Source of the DNA: Paraspadella gotoi
Taxonomy: Eukaryota; Animalia; Chaetognatha
NCBI GenBank assembly: GCA_051294375.1
Contig: CM119268.1
Coordinates: 20,534,750 to 20,598,749 of the forward strand
Direction: 5' to 3'
DNA: 64,000 nt
Shown: positions 1 through 13,862 of the stretch, piece by piece
How positions within the stretch are numbered: position 1 is the stretch's first letter
How the letters are laid out: every line of letters begins with the position of its first letter
Notes under the pieces: generated by a model
What the model was told of the DNA's origin: nothing
Database searches by the model: none
Seen by the model: only the letters and a program-made list of their open reading frames with translations
Position numbers and translations under genes: made by a program

Positions 1-323
1 TGCTCCTTGAAGGAAGATAGAAGTTTTCAGAAAGTACCGTTTTTTTTAAATCAAATTATTTTCCTTCTGGTCAAGAAAAAACAATTCATATATTCCCATT
101 CATAAATAACCTAAGACACAATCCCGTAAACAATGACACAATACAATAACCAATAACCACTACCATAGTTCTATAGATTTACAGCCCCCCAGTGCTCCGG
201 CCCAGTGCTCTCCAATAGCCCCCCCACAAACTAAAAACGAAATTTGTCCCGGGAGCAAAATTTATCCGTTTTTCTCTGTCGTAAATTCCGCATCATCGTC
301 GATGTTGTAAAGGCGGGAGACGG

Positions 324-328
<5 letters not shown>

Positions 329-399
<71 letters not shown>

Positions 400-410
400 G
401 AGAGAGAGAG
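329..410. repeat. (GA)n microsatellite, one of several dozen GA/TC tracts in the window
   Basis: Direct dinucleotide run. Other long tracts at ~12590-12770, 13738-13858, 15260-15356, 46540-46650, 58462-58617. Confidence 0.98.
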
Positions 411-797
411 ATGAAGAGGAAAGAAAGAAAGCAACAGAGACAACAAGAGAGATACAAAGAGATACAGAGAGACACACACAGAGAGAGAGATATTGATATC
501 GACATTGAAAGGAGCTTTAGGCTGGTACTTTAAACTGCCCTAAAAATCTACCTTATCTTATCATTTGTAAGTATTAACAGTTTTCTTGAGTTTGCATAAA
601 TGGTACTGAACAAGTAAAAAATTCTAATTTTCTAGTGGACAAAAGGCTCTTTCTAACTTAAAATTTAAGCAGACATTTTTTATTGAAAAGTCGATCCCAC
701 CCCAACAAGCGTTCTATTGGTGAATAACTAGTATAAACTGTATTAATCACAATGTTATTGATAATACTATCAAATAATGTGTTTAAGTAGAGAGTCT

Positions 798-963
798 GTG
801 GGTATTACAAGTGAATTTATTCTTTCGCCAATATTTCAATTCACATAGCGGAATCATTTTCAAGGCATTTCAATTGAATTGAAATGAAATAGAAATTGAA
901 ATATGATTCCGCTATGTGAATTGAAATATTGGCAAAAAAAATAAATGCACTTGTAATACCCAC
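798..963. mobile_element. ~166 bp near-perfect palindrome (MITE/fold-back-like)
   Basis: GTGGGTATTACAAGTG...CACATAGCGGAATCAT (798-857) pairs with ATGATTCCGCTATGTG...CACTTGTAATACCCAC (903-963). Inner palindrome CATTTCAATT-G-AATTGAAATG. No clear TSD. Confidence 0.6.
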
Positions 964-1948
964 CCAGTATCAATATATTTTGTACGTATTCGGTAAGTGG
1001 GATCATGCTGACAGCATCCAAGGCAATATTTTGATCTCTATGAATAGATAACTTATGAAAGACTTTAATTGCTCGTAATTGTAATTTATCAAATTTTTCC
1101 CAGTGATAAGAACCAGCAGATAAAAAACTGGGTGATGAATATAAAAACAATGAAACTACTAGTGATGAAAATAGTTGACAACTAATTTAAAAATTATTCC
1201 TGTAATATAACGAGAAATTCTATTAATTGCTATATTTTTTGTCTTTGCTTTAAAAAATAAGTCATTAATATGGGTTGTCATGTAAGTTTCTGGTCAATGT
1301 ACATCCTAGAAAGTATACTGTGTCACAAACAGGGATTCACTCATTGAATAAAAAAGTTTTACATCATATTTTTAAAGAAAGATGCTTTTAACTTTCTTAA
1401 TTTTCCAATTCAAAATTTATTTTCATTGATAATTTTTTTCTTTTCTTGTTCATTGCTTTACCGTTTAACTTCTTTTTCTTTAATTTATATTCTATCATTT
1501 TCTTGGTAAATTTCTTTCTATTCTTTTTTCTTTCTTTTTCCTTCTTTTATTCTTTTTTCTTTCCATTTTTTCTTTTCTTTGCTTTTCCTTTTTTATTTCC
1601 TTCCTCTCTTTCCTTCCTCCAACTTCGATTCCTTCGGGATTTCTCGAGCCGTCGGTTCCGTGATTGTAGTAAAAAGGAAAATCCCCGGACTGCGATTATG
1701 TGAAGAATGATATCGATGACAGAGGACGATGACACTGAAGGATGATCTCAATGACAGAGGACGATGACACTGAAGTTGACAAGACTGACGACGATAAAAC
1801 TTCCTCCTCACTTGACCTCGCCTTTGATAACTAAATATTTTTAACGATTCGCTTCTTATTGTTGGACGAATCTTTAATTTGAATAACTGCAATATGCAAA
1901 TTGAATTAAATACAGTTTCCTGCAGTAAAAAGAGTGTGAGAGAGAGAA

Positions 1949-1994
<46 letters not shown>

Positions 1995-2448
1995 ATGGGG
2001 TTGGTCGACAATCGACCGAGCCGCGAGACGACCAAAAGGCTTCCCTCTCTGTCCGCTCCTCTCTCTCTTACACGCCGGTCAAGGTCGGAGGTCATCGCGT
2101 CGGTGACTCTCGAAAATGAGCGAGATCCTCTTCCTTTCTCTACCGACGGGCGATCGTCGCGGGGTCTAGTGCGAAAGACTCGCGAAAATACCGCTCTGAC
2201 TCTTTTTCTCTCTCTCTCTCCTACAGTTTTTGCTTTTCTATTTTTTATTATTTTCTCGTGATTTTTAAATGTTACAATGTTACAATAATCACATCAAAAA
2301 TAAAAACTTGAAAAAATATTCATGAGGAAGGATGAATATTTTTAAGTTGAGATACCTGCAGAAATTTATTTTATAACCAGTCAGCGTCGAGATAGTGGAG
2401 AGAAAGTCAACCATATTCCTCAGAGAGAGAGAAAGAAAAGAGAGAAAA

Positions 2449-2479
<31 letters not shown>

Positions 2480-2736
2480 ACGAGACATAGAAAGAGAGTG
2501 AGAGAGCGAGAGGTGACATAAAACGCGACTCGCCTTACCAAGAGGGACTAAACATTGTTCCTTTTTAGTCCGAGTTGAGTTATGGTGACAACAATGGGGA
2601 GAAGGAAGAGAAAGTAGAGGAAGAGGAAGAAGAAAATTAAAAGACGAAGAGGATCGAAGGAAAAAAGTCTGACATTGAAAACTTGATAAATGAGAAGAAA
2701 ACAAGGATTTGGAGAAAAAAATGGAATTTTCTCAAA

Positions 2737-2794
<58 letters not shown>

Positions 2795-3083
2795 ACAGGA
2801 GGTAGATAATAATATATAAATATAATATTAAATTGAAATAAAAATTATCCATTCAGTCAATAAAGATTATGCTACGATACGTATGTCGAGATGTGCTATT
2901 GTTATGATTAATTGATTATAATATATGTATATTATATAGTGCGTTTATTTTCTCTCTTTCGAACATATTGATATTCACATACACATAATTTTTTAAAATC
3001 TAGCTTCATTTTTATGGTATAATTGAATTGTATTAAATGTATTAATTGTATTTGAATTGTATTAATTGTGTTTGAATTGTATT

Positions 3084-3130
3084 AAAGGCCGATGAAGGCT
3101 TGAAAGTCAAGCCGAAACAAGTCCGTTTTT
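3084..3130 (+). ncRNA. Minimal type I hammerhead-ribozyme-like motif (Penelope type), best-structured copy
   Basis: CCGATGA (3089-3095, core with U->C) + A + perfect stem II GGCTTGA-AAG-TCAAGCC + GAAAC-AA-GTC + CGTTTTT, then AATAAA at 3138-3143. AT-rich upstream. Confidence 0.6.
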
Positions 3131-4059
3131 ATAAAAAAATAAAATCGTTGTACGAACTCAAATTTTGCTAATTCCTAATACAGTTTGATTTTTATAAAAA
3201 AGGATTTTCAGCTCGATCTATTTTTAAAGTCGTTCCGCATTTGACAGAATGACTAGTATCAATTAAGCGATGCGAACTTGTTTGTCTGGTTTCTTTTGAA
3301 TGTTTAACGATTTGAGCTTAATTTTGGCGTAGGTAATTTATGCTTGATGGCGTTAAAACGTCTTCTTGATGGCGCTACGTCAACCTATTGTTGGCGAGAC
3401 GGTTTTATAGCACAACAGCGTCAAAGCAGTGGATTCCGAATCACAGTTTTCATTTCTTTAAATATTTTCTCTTTTGTCCGACGTCGATAAAAAATAAAAA
3501 CAGAAAAAAAAAATTCAATAAAAAAAAAAACGTTTCGCTCAGATGCCACCGCGCCGCCGCCGCGCCGCCGCCGCCGCCGCAAGCCGCCGCCGCCGCCAGC
3601 CGCCGCCGCCGCACCGCCGCCGCCGCCGCCGCCGTCCGTCTCCCGACAGAGGGTGCAGCGAGGAGAGGAGGAACAAATGGCTAACGAGGAGGAGAATCGT
3701 TAACGGGCAAAGGCGCCAACACAAATCATAAGCCATAGGGAAGGGTGGGAAGGGGATGCGAAGGGGATGGAATTGGGCATGGGGAAGGGATGGACGATTG
3801 GGAAGGGGAAGGGGATCGGAGATTGGGATGAGGAAGGGATGGAGATTGGAAGGGCGGAAGGGGAATGAGATTTGGGAATGGGGAAGGGGAATGGAGAAAT
3901 TGGGGGTATTTGGGGAAGGATGGAGTTGGGAATGGGAAGATGGAATGATGGGACTAAAATTGATGGAAAAAGATGAATGAAAAAGGGAAAGCGGATGTTT
4001 GGGACAAAGAAGTTGGATAAAGATTTTGAGTTGGTGGAGGGAAGAATGACGGCGACGAA

Positions 4060-5040
4060 GGCGAAGCGATAGGGAACGATTGGAAAAGACGATGGAGACC
4101 GCGATGATAAACGAGGAGGAAGCAATGGAGGAAGCGATATGGACATGCGTTGGAGAACGCGATAGGAAAGCGATAGTGAAACGATATTAAATCGATGGTA
4201 ACAACATAATTAAATTTGATGGGGAAGCGATAGGAAGCGAGGAGGAAGCCAGAGAGGAAGCGATATAAAGCGATGGTAAAAACGATATTAAAGTGGATTG
4301 GGAAGCGATAGGAAAGCGAGGAGGAAGCGAGGAGAAAGCAATTATTAAAGCAATGGTAAACGATATTAAAGCGATGGGAAAGCGATAGAAGCGCATGGTA
4401 AAACAATATTAAAGCGACAGGGAAGCAGTAGAAAGCGAGAGGAAGAGAGGAGGGAAGCGATAATTAAAGCGATGGTAAAATGATATTAAAGCGATGGGGC
4501 AGCGATAGGAAGCGATTGTAAATGATATTAAAGCAACTTGGGAAAGCGCTAAAAAAGCGAGGAGGAAGTGAGGAAGGAAGCAATATTAAGCAATGGTAAT
4601 GCTATAAAGCAATGGGGGAGCGATAAGAAAGCAATGGTAAAAACGATATTGAAAGTGATGGGGAAGCGATAGGTTTTAAAGCGATGGGGTAAAACGATAT
4701 TCAAAAGCGATTGGGAAGCAATAGGAACGCGATGGTAAAACGATATTAAAGCGATTGGGACAGCGATAGGAAAGCGATGGTAAAACATAATTAAAGCGAT
4801 GGGGAAGCGATAGAAAGCGATGGTAACGATATTAAAGCGATTGGGAAGCAATAGAAAGCGATGGTAAAACGTATTAAGCGATTGGGAAAGCGAATAGGAA
4901 AGCGATGGTAAAACGATATTAAAGCGATGGGGAAGCGATAAGGAACGCCCGAGGAGGAAGCGAGGAGGAAGAGATATTAAAGCGATGGTTAAAGATATTA
5001 AGCGATGGGGAAGCGATAAGGAAAGGCGATGGAACGCGAG
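4060..5040. repeat. Compound minisatellite built on AAGCGAT(GGTAAAACGATATTAAAGCGATGGGGAAGCGATAGGA) modules
   Basis: Tandem ~11-nt submodules. Cleaner duplicate at ~10980-11850, interrupted by Ns at 11611-11832. Confidence 0.9.
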
Positions 5041-5977
5041 AGAGAAAAGTCGTCGGTCGGATTGGCGAAAATGAGCGCAGTTGTGCGCTGAAGGCGACGA
5101 CGTTGGGGTGAGGCGTGGGGGTTGAGAAAGATGGTGGGGTGGGAGCGTGGCGGGGTTTGAAGGTCGAGGTGGTAAGGGGAGGGGGCCGGGGTGGGCGGTC
5201 AAAAAATAAAGTAAAATAAAAGAAAAATCTAACAATGAAATTTCTTAAAAACTTTGATGAAAATTCGTTTTATAGAATAACAAAATTTCTTCTTTAACCT
5301 AATCTTAAGGGATCTTAGATTTTAAAATATTTTAAATATATATTATTGTTTTATTTCTTTCGTTCTTTTCGTAGGTAGCATAAAGAAAGTTTTTATTTTA
5401 TTTTCAGACCTAACATGCCTTGACCGGTATCACCGTCACCAACTCTCTTTTGTCTGGAGGGGGGGGCTGCTCTTTTTTGGCTCTTTCTTCACCTTGAGTT
5501 TTCACTTTTTTCTTACCCGATACTTTAATTTAGTTTTTCACCTTTCCATTTTTCAAATTATTTTATCTGTAGAATTTTAATTTATCTCAGTTTAATGGTT
5601 AATCTCACAGTTTATACAATTTAACATCTGTTATTTTCTTAACCATTAAACAAATTGTAACTTCATTGATAGTTGGCTAAAATTTTAATTCTTTTCCCCT
5701 TTTTCTTCAGCCTTTAACTCTCCTTAATCTGTCCTTCGATTCTTACTCTCTTTTCTAAATTCTATGTGGAAACTTTCCTATCTCTCTCTCTCTCTCTCTC
5801 TCGCTTCTCTCTCTCTTGCTTTCTCTTCTCTCTCTTGTCTCTCTCTCCTGTCTGCTCTCTCCTCTCTCTCTCTCTCTCTCCTCTCCTCTCTCTCTCTCTC
5901 TACTTCCTCTCTCTTCTCTCTCCTCTCTCACCATTACTTTTTTGGAAGAAATCTGTGAGAGTTTTTCAAACAATTTC

Positions 5978-6020
5978 GCGCTGATGAAGGCTCACAATAT
6001 AGGCGAAACATATCCGTTTT
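5978..6020 (+). ncRNA. Hammerhead-ribozyme-like motif, second locus (degenerate)
   Basis: GCG-CTGATGA-A-GGCT-CACAATAT-AGGC-GAAAC-AT-ATC-CGTTTT. Canonical CUGAUGA and GAAA cores, one stem II mismatch, GUC->AUC. Duplicate at 12820-12862. Confidence 0.5.
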
Positions 6021-6462
6021 TTCATGTTAATTAAAATTAATTAAATCAATTAAAATTAATTGAAATAAAGAAAAATTCCTTTAATATATTTTAATAAGAT
6101 TGATGCAGTATATTTCTATTTCTATTTTTTACTATCTAATAATAGTATTTTTGGGGAGGTTGTTTAGTATTGTCTTCAGTCTTCTGTCTTTTTCCTTTCG
6201 GTTTTTTTATTGTGTTAGAACATTTTTATATTTTATTACGTAGATTGTCTATTATCCATAATATATAACTTACATTAACATCTACATTTCTCATCTTAAA
6301 CTATATAAAATACAGCACTTTTCATTTTATCGACTTTTATTATTCTATTTATCCCAATAATTAATTATATTATTATTTTTACTCTTTTCTAATTCTTCAT
6401 CTAATCCAGTTACCACCTCTCCTTCCGTATTTCTTTTTCCTCCCTTCTCTCTCTCTCTCTCA

Positions 6463-6494
<32 letters not shown>

Positions 6495-6899
6495 TCTCTC
6501 TCTCTCTCTCTTCTCTCTCTCTTTATCTCTCTCTCTTCTCTCTCTCTCTCCTCTCCTCTCCTTCTTCTCTCCCGCTTCGCTCTTCTCTCTCTTTCTTCAT
6601 CTCTCTTTTTTCCCCCACTACGACCCGGCTGAGCTCATACCTGCAGATCATGATGTATCGAAGGTTTTTTCCCTCGTTTCTGCTTCGTAGTGAGGATTGT
6701 CGTTTCAAGCTGAGTTCCCTGTAGTCGTGGAAAATTTTAAGTAGTAAAGCAACAAAAAGTTTAGGCTATTTGATTAAAAAAGTTGCTAATTACCGGTATT
6801 AGACCATATTCCTATAATGAGACTATTTTTATTAATCGTAGAAAAATGGACTATAGTTCTCTCTCTCTTTTTCTATCCTTCAATCTTATCCAATTAAAC

Positions 6900-6986
<87 letters not shown>

Positions 6987-7176
6987 TTTCTTTATCCCTG
7001 ACATCTGTTGGTGACCAAATCACACGAAGATTTATTAATTAGATTTTCGCGAACATTAAACGTTCCACTTTCTCACGTGGAATTCTTTTTTCCATTCAAA
7101 AAGGTTAAGCACGCCAACGTAGATCACGATGCTGATGTGATGAACGGGAAAAAGTCTAAGCAGCGGCTGGCGATTT

Positions 7177-7330
7177 CTCATTCATTCATTCATTCATTCA
7201 TTCATTTATTTTATTCATTTCTTTCATTCATTACATTCATTCATTCTTCATCATTCATTCTTTCATTCATTCTTCATTCATTCTTTCATTCATTCTTTCA
7301 TTCATTCTTTCATTCATTCATTCTTCATTT
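7177..7330. repeat. (TTCA)n microsatellite
   Basis: Direct tetranucleotide run. Duplicate at ~14054-14240. An independent (TTCA)n/(TCCA)n tract lies at ~17970-18180. Confidence 0.95.
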
Positions 7331-8044
7331 AGCTTTCAATGACCTTGATTTATCATTAATATTATCATGATAACGCTTTTCATTTTATCACGTAATTTTC
7401 TTCGTGTTTTTTCGCCAAATGTGTTTCTTTATTAGCGCATTTGTTCACAGCGTTGGTGGCGCCATCTCTGGTAGCGCCATCTCTTCCTCGCGTCTCTATC
7501 TTCCTCCTTTCGAAATATCTCAATGTCTTCAACTCTTTCCTCTAATTTTTCTTTTGTATTCATTTTACTTTTCTCTCTTTTTTACTTTCACATTTGTGAA
7601 TTTAACTTTTCACTTTCACTCAAGTTCTCTTACACTTTTGTGAGTGTCTCACGAACCCAACAATTTCAGCCGACAACATTGAATCGACGACAACGAGGAC
7701 AAACGACAACAAAAACGATGACAACAACGACAAAGGCGCCACGAAGATAGACCGCTAACGTAAAGGAGAGAAAAGATGTAATAACGACAACAAAGACGCG
7801 TGAGATTTTACGAGAAAGAAAATGTAATTAAATATAAACAAATTTTTAAAATTTTTTTAGTTGTAAATATTATAATCTGATTGTAAATTCCCGAGAAACG
7901 AGATTTAAAAATTTAAAAAAAAGTTTAAAGTTATTTACTAGTGACTATATTAAACTTTTTAGATATTATAATAAAAGAAAGTAGTAGATGATTACTAATT
8001 TGTTCTTCTTTCCACTGAAGAGACAGTAATTATTGATAAGTGTT

Positions 8045-8210
8045 AATGACAGAACCGTCCCATATCATCATAACTAAGCTTCGGATCGGCTGTAACGCCA
8101 TGTGACAGACGGGTTAAGCGCCCGTCCTCTTTACTGCCAGACGACAACCGGCTAGAACCCCGGACCTTTGGTTGGAGGTTGAATGACTTGCCTCCGGCAC
8201 CAATGGGCGG
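8045..8210 (-). mobile_element. tRNA-derived SINE-like element (copy A of the duplication)
   Basis: Noisy duplicate of 14970-15141. Confidence 0.45.
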
Positions 8211-8950
8211 TTGGTGGATTTTTAGTCCACCATACCACCATAATTGACGGAAGAATGTTAGATTCTTATCGAAACCCTGATAACAGCATTTCCGCTTTGA
8301 CTTACGAAGAAATGTATTTTTAGAGAAGAGAGAGAGAGAAGAGAGAGAAGAAGAGAGAGAGAGAGGAGAGAGGAGAGAGAGAAGAGAGATGAAATAAAGC
8401 GAGGAAAGCAGAGAAGGTTGCGCTGTTCAAGGGACTGAGCACTATATAAATGGTCTGTTTTTTTTGGGGGAGATAAGAAGTAGGTATTAAGGGGTAAGGT
8501 ATAAGGGGGGTAAAAAAGAAGAAGCTAAGTATAAGGGGTAAGGGGTAAAAATATAAGGGGTAAGGGGTAAAAGGAGATAAGAAGTAAGGTATAAGGGGTA
8601 AGGGGTAAAAAGTTGTAAAATTACTGAAGTTAATCCAGGTTTGTCCGCTTAATAAAATTGCTTCAAATACTCATTTATGTTATATTTGCAACGTAAAATT
8701 TAAACTGGAAAGAATATGTGGAGGTTTTGATTTAATGGTTGTTCCAAAGTTATACCGCATATAAAAAGTGGCGGCTAATGGTGGGTGGTGGACCCGCGTG
8801 GTGGTACATCCCCGTCGTCAATCAAATAACTATTTGGGGATGTTGTGGCTGCCCCGAACTCTGATCCCTTTTTCATGTTGGTATCGGAAACAGATAACAC
8901 GCGGACCAGCATAACTAACGCCATTACAACCGGAAGAGAGAAGGAGAGAC

Positions 8951-9013
<63 letters not shown>

Positions 9014-10295
9014 GAAGAAGCGAGGAAGAGGCGGAATGACATCACAGAACTAGGAAGATATATGGTGTTGAGTGAGAGCGAGGGAAAAAAACAGGAGGGG
9101 ATTTTGAAGAAATGATAAGAATTAAGAAAGAAGAAGAGATAAAAAAAAAAGAAGTTAGAAGGAATATTACGTCAACCTTGATTATTGGGGATGAGTAAAA
9201 AAAAAAAATTTAGAAAAAAGGAAAAGGGATTAGGAAATCATTGAAAAAAGGAAAAAAAGAAGTGCAATAGTAAGGAAGGGAATTGAGACCGGCTTTTTGC
9301 TACGTGGTGAGTGTCGGCACTAGATACCAACATTGGTTTGAATGTGGAGATCCAAAGTGCCAAATTTAAATGAGTGTCGGCAATTAAGACGCCAATGTTG
9401 GTATGTATGTGAGCATTCCTATCTGCCAAATTAAAGCGAGTGTCGGAATTGAAGGTGCGCAACGTTTGGCAGAATATGACATCCCAAAGAGCCAATTTTA
9501 AGCAAACGACGACATTCAGAGGCCAATTTTGGTAGGCGCCAGTAATTGGGCTTGCGGTACTATGTTGGCATGATTAAATTCAAAGGAGTGTCTGCATCAT
9601 AGGAACCAATGTTGATACGAAGTTGGCATCAAGGGAGACAATAATTAAACATAGAAATGTGGGGAGAAAAAAACTGACAGAGCAAAAAGTTAGCAAGAAT
9701 GTTGGCATTTAGAACTACAATGTTGTGCACAAAACGTGGCATCCAAAGCGCCAATGTTGGGATGAGCGTCGGCAACCAAAAAAGTGAACGTCGACACGAT
9801 CTGACTAACGGAATAGTGATGGCATCAAAGGGAGAAGAGATCGAGGAAAATGCAGAACCAATGTTTATCGATCATCGTCAGTGCGCTGAGGCGGTGGTGA
9901 GGGTGGTGGAGGTGGGAAGGGGTTAAGGGGGGGGGGCGGCGAATTCCGAGAGAAGGGCGGAAGATGCGACAGCTGAAGCAGACGACGCAAGACGATGCAG
10001 CTGAAGCAGACGACGCAGCGGACGCAGCCAAAGCTGACGACGCCAGCCAGGGCAGACGACGAAGCTGACGGCTTTAACTTTTTTAATCCACCGTCACCAC
10101 CGATTTTCGACACGTCACTTTTAACGCCAATTTTTTTTGTTTCACTAAATACTTTTTGAGAGTTCGGTATTTGTCAGGTGGCGATTGTTGATTCGTGAAT
10201 GAAAAAAAAAATATTTTAATGGTTAATTTTAAGCATTTGGTGTATTTATTCCTTTCTTTTCGTTGGTTTTTTCACGATCAAACTTTCACTTGGCT

Positions 10296-10340
10296 CTGAT
10301 GAATCTAACACATGGCCGAAAAATATACGTTTAATAATTA
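10296..10340 (+). ncRNA. Hammerhead-ribozyme-like motif, third locus (decayed)
   Basis: CTGATGA-ATCT-AACACAT-GGCC-GAAA-AATATA-CGTTT-AATAA aligns position by position with the 5978 motif, but stem II is largely lost. Duplicate at 17217-17260 is followed by AATAAA. Confidence 0.35.
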
Positions 10341-12641
10341 AACTGTATTTTCGTTGAAACAAAGTAAAAATTGTTTGACTTTTAAAAAAACAAAGTGTAA
10401 TAAAAAACTTGTTACAGAACTTTCACGCGCACGAAGCCTTAAAAAATTATANNNNNNNNNNNNNNNNNNNNNNNNNCCGCCGCCGCCGCCGCCGCCGTCG
10501 TCTCCCGACAGAGGGTGCAGCGGAGGGAGGAGGAACAAATGGCTAACGAGAGGAGAAGTCGTAACCGGGAAAAGGCGCCAACACAAATCATAAGCCATAG
10601 GGAAAGGGTGGGAAGGGGATGGAGAAGGGGATGGANNNNNNNNNNNNNNNNNNNNNNNNNNNNNNNNNNNNNNNNNNNNNNNNNNNNNNNNNNNNNNNNN
10701 NNNNNNNNNNNNNNNNNNNNNNNNNNNNNNNNNNNNNNNNNNNNNNNNNNNNNNNNNNNNNNNNNNNNNNNNNNNNNNNNNNNNNNNNNNNNNNNNNNNN
10801 NNNNNNNNNNNNNNNNNNNNNNNNNNNNNNNNNNNNNNNNAAGGGGATGGAGATTGGGATGGGGAAGATGGAATGATGGATAAAATGATGGAAAAAGATG
10901 ATGAAAAAGGGAAGAGGATGTTTGGGACAAAGAAGTTGATAAAGATTTTGAGTTGGTGAGGAAGATGACGGCGACGAAGGCGAAGCGATAGGGAAGCGAT
11001 GGGAAAGCGATGGGAACGCGATTGATAAGCGAGGAGGAAGCATGGAGGAAGCGATATGGATGCGTTGGAGAAGCGATAGGAAAGCGATAGTGAAACGATA
11101 TTAAATCGATGGTAAAACGATATTAAATTTGATGGGGAAGCGATAGGAAAGCGAGGAGGAAGCGAGGAGGAAGCGATATTAAAGCGATGGTAAAACGATA
11201 TTAAAGTGATTGGGAAGCGATAGGAAAGCGAGGAGGAAGCGAGGAGAAAGCAATATTAAAGCAATGGTAAAACGATATTAAAGCGATGGGAAAGCGATAG
11301 GAAAGCGATGGTAAAACAATATTAAAGCGACAGGGAAGCAGTAGGAAAGCGAGGAGGAAGAGAGGAGGAAGCGATATTAAAGCGATGGTAAAATGATATT
11401 AAAGCGATGGGGAAGCGATAGGAAAGCGATTGTAAAATGATATTAAAGCAATTGGGAAGCGATAGAAAAGCGAGGAGGAAGCGAGGAGGAAGCAATATTA
11501 AAGCAATGGTAAAATGATATTAAAGCAATGGGGAAGCGATAAGAAAGCAATGGTAAAACGATATTAAAGTGATGGGGAAGCGATAGGAAAGCGATGGTAA
11601 AACGATATTANNNNNNNNNNNNNNNNNNNNNNNNNNNNNNNNNNNNNNNNNNNNNNNNNNNNNNNNNNNNNNNNNNNNNNNNNNNNNNNNNNNNNNNNNN
11701 NNNNNNNNNNNNNNNNNNNNNNNNNNNNNNNNNNNNNNNNNNNNNNNNNNNNNNNNNNNNNNNNNNNNNNNNNNNNNNNNNNNNNNNNNNNNNNNNNNNN
11801 NNNNNNNNNNNNNNNNNNNNNNNNNNNNNNNNTAGGAAAGCGATGGAGCGAGAGAGAAACGTCGTCGCGTCGATGGCGAAAATGAGCGCAGTTGTGCGGC
11901 TGAGGCGACGACGTTGGGGTGAGGGTGGGGGTTGAGAAAGATGGTGGGGAGGTGGCGGGGTTTGAAGGTGAGGTGGTAGGGGAGGGGGCCGGGGTGGCGT
12001 CAAAAAAATAAAGTAAAATAAAAGAAAAAAATCTAACATGAAATTTCTTTAAAAAATTTGATGAAAATTCGTTTTATAGAAATAACAAAATTTCTTCTTT
12101 CACTAATCTTAAGATCTTAGATTTTAAAATATTTTAAATATATATTATTGTTTTATTTCTTTCGTTTCTTTTCGTAGGTAGCATTAAAGGAAAAGTTTTT
12201 TATTTTTATTTCAAGACCTATGACATGCCCTTGACCCGGTATCATCGTCACCAACTCTCTTTTGTCTGGAGGGGGGGGGCAGCTCTTTTTTGAGCTCTTT
12301 CTTCACCTTGAGTTTCACTTTTTCTTACCCGATTACTTTATTTCATTTTTCACCTTTCATTTTCCAATTAATTTTATCATGTAGAATTTAATTTATCTCA
12401 GTTAATGGTTAATCTCACAGTTTATACAAATTTAACATTGTTATTTTCTTAAACATTAAACAAATGTACTTCATTGTAGTTGGCTAAAATTTAATTTCTC
12501 TTTCCCTCTTTTTCTTCCAGCCTTTACTCTCCTTAATCTGTCCTCGATCTCTTACTCTCCTTTTCTAAATTCTATGTTGGAAAACTTTTCCTATCTCTCT
12601 CTCTCTCTCTCTCTCGCTTTCTCTCTCTCTTGCTTTCTCTC

Positions 12642-12776
<135 letters not shown>

Positions 12777-13306
12777 TACTTTTTGGAAGAAATCTGTGAG
12801 AGTTTTCAAAACAAATTTCGCGCTGATGAAGGCTCACAATATAGGCGAAACATATCCGTTTTTTCATGTTAATTAAAATTAATTAAAATCAATTAAAATT
12901 AATTGAAATAAAGAAAATTCCTTTAATATATTTTATAAGATTGTATGCAGTATATTTCTATTTCTATTTTTTACTATCTAATAATAGTATTTTTGGGGGA
13001 GGATGTTAGTATTGTCTTCAGTCTTCTGTCTTTTTCCTTTCGTTTTTTTATTGTGTTAGAACATTTTATATTTTATTACGTAGATTGTCTATTATCCATA
13101 ATATATTAACTTACATTAACATCTACATTTCTCCATCTTAAACTATATAAAATACAGCACTTTTCATTTTATCGACTTTTATTATTCCTATTTATCCCTA
13201 ATAATTAATTATATTATTATTTTTACTCTTTTTCTATTCTTCAATCTTATCCAGTTACCACCTCTCCTTCCGTATTTCTTTTCCTCCCTTCTCTCTCTCT
13301 CTCTCA

Positions 13307-13338
<32 letters not shown>

Positions 13339-13736
13339 TCTCTCTCTCTCTCTCTTCTCTCTCTCTTCTCTCTCTCTTCTCTCTCTCTCTCCTCTCCTCT
13401 CCTTCTCTCTCCCCTTCTCTTCTCTCTCTTCTTCATCTCTCTTTTTTCCCCCACTACGACCGGCTGAGCTCATTACCTGCAGATCATGATGTATCGAAGG
13501 TTTTTTCCCTCGTTTCTGCTTCGTAGTGAGGATTGTCGTTTCAAGCTGAGTTCCCTGTAGTCGTGGAAAATTTTAAGTAGTAAAGCAACAAAAAGTTTAG
13601 GCTATTTGATTAAAAAAGTTGCTAATTACCGGTATTAGACCATATTCCTATAATGAGACTATTTTTATTAATCGTAGAAAAATGGACTATAGTTCTCTCT
13701 CTCTCTTTTTCTATTCCTCAATCTTATCCAATTAAC

Positions 13737-13862
<126 letters not shown>

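Larger units (their letters stand above)
3615..10451 (+). repeat. Copy A of ~6.9 kb direct tandem duplication (indel-noisy, gap-free copy)
   Basis: Colinear with 10477-17372 from (GCC)n-GTCTCCCGACAGAGGGTGCAGCG to CACGAAGCCTTAAAAATTATA. Differences are mostly 1-bp indels. Ends at 25 Ns (10452-10476). Confidence 0.95.
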
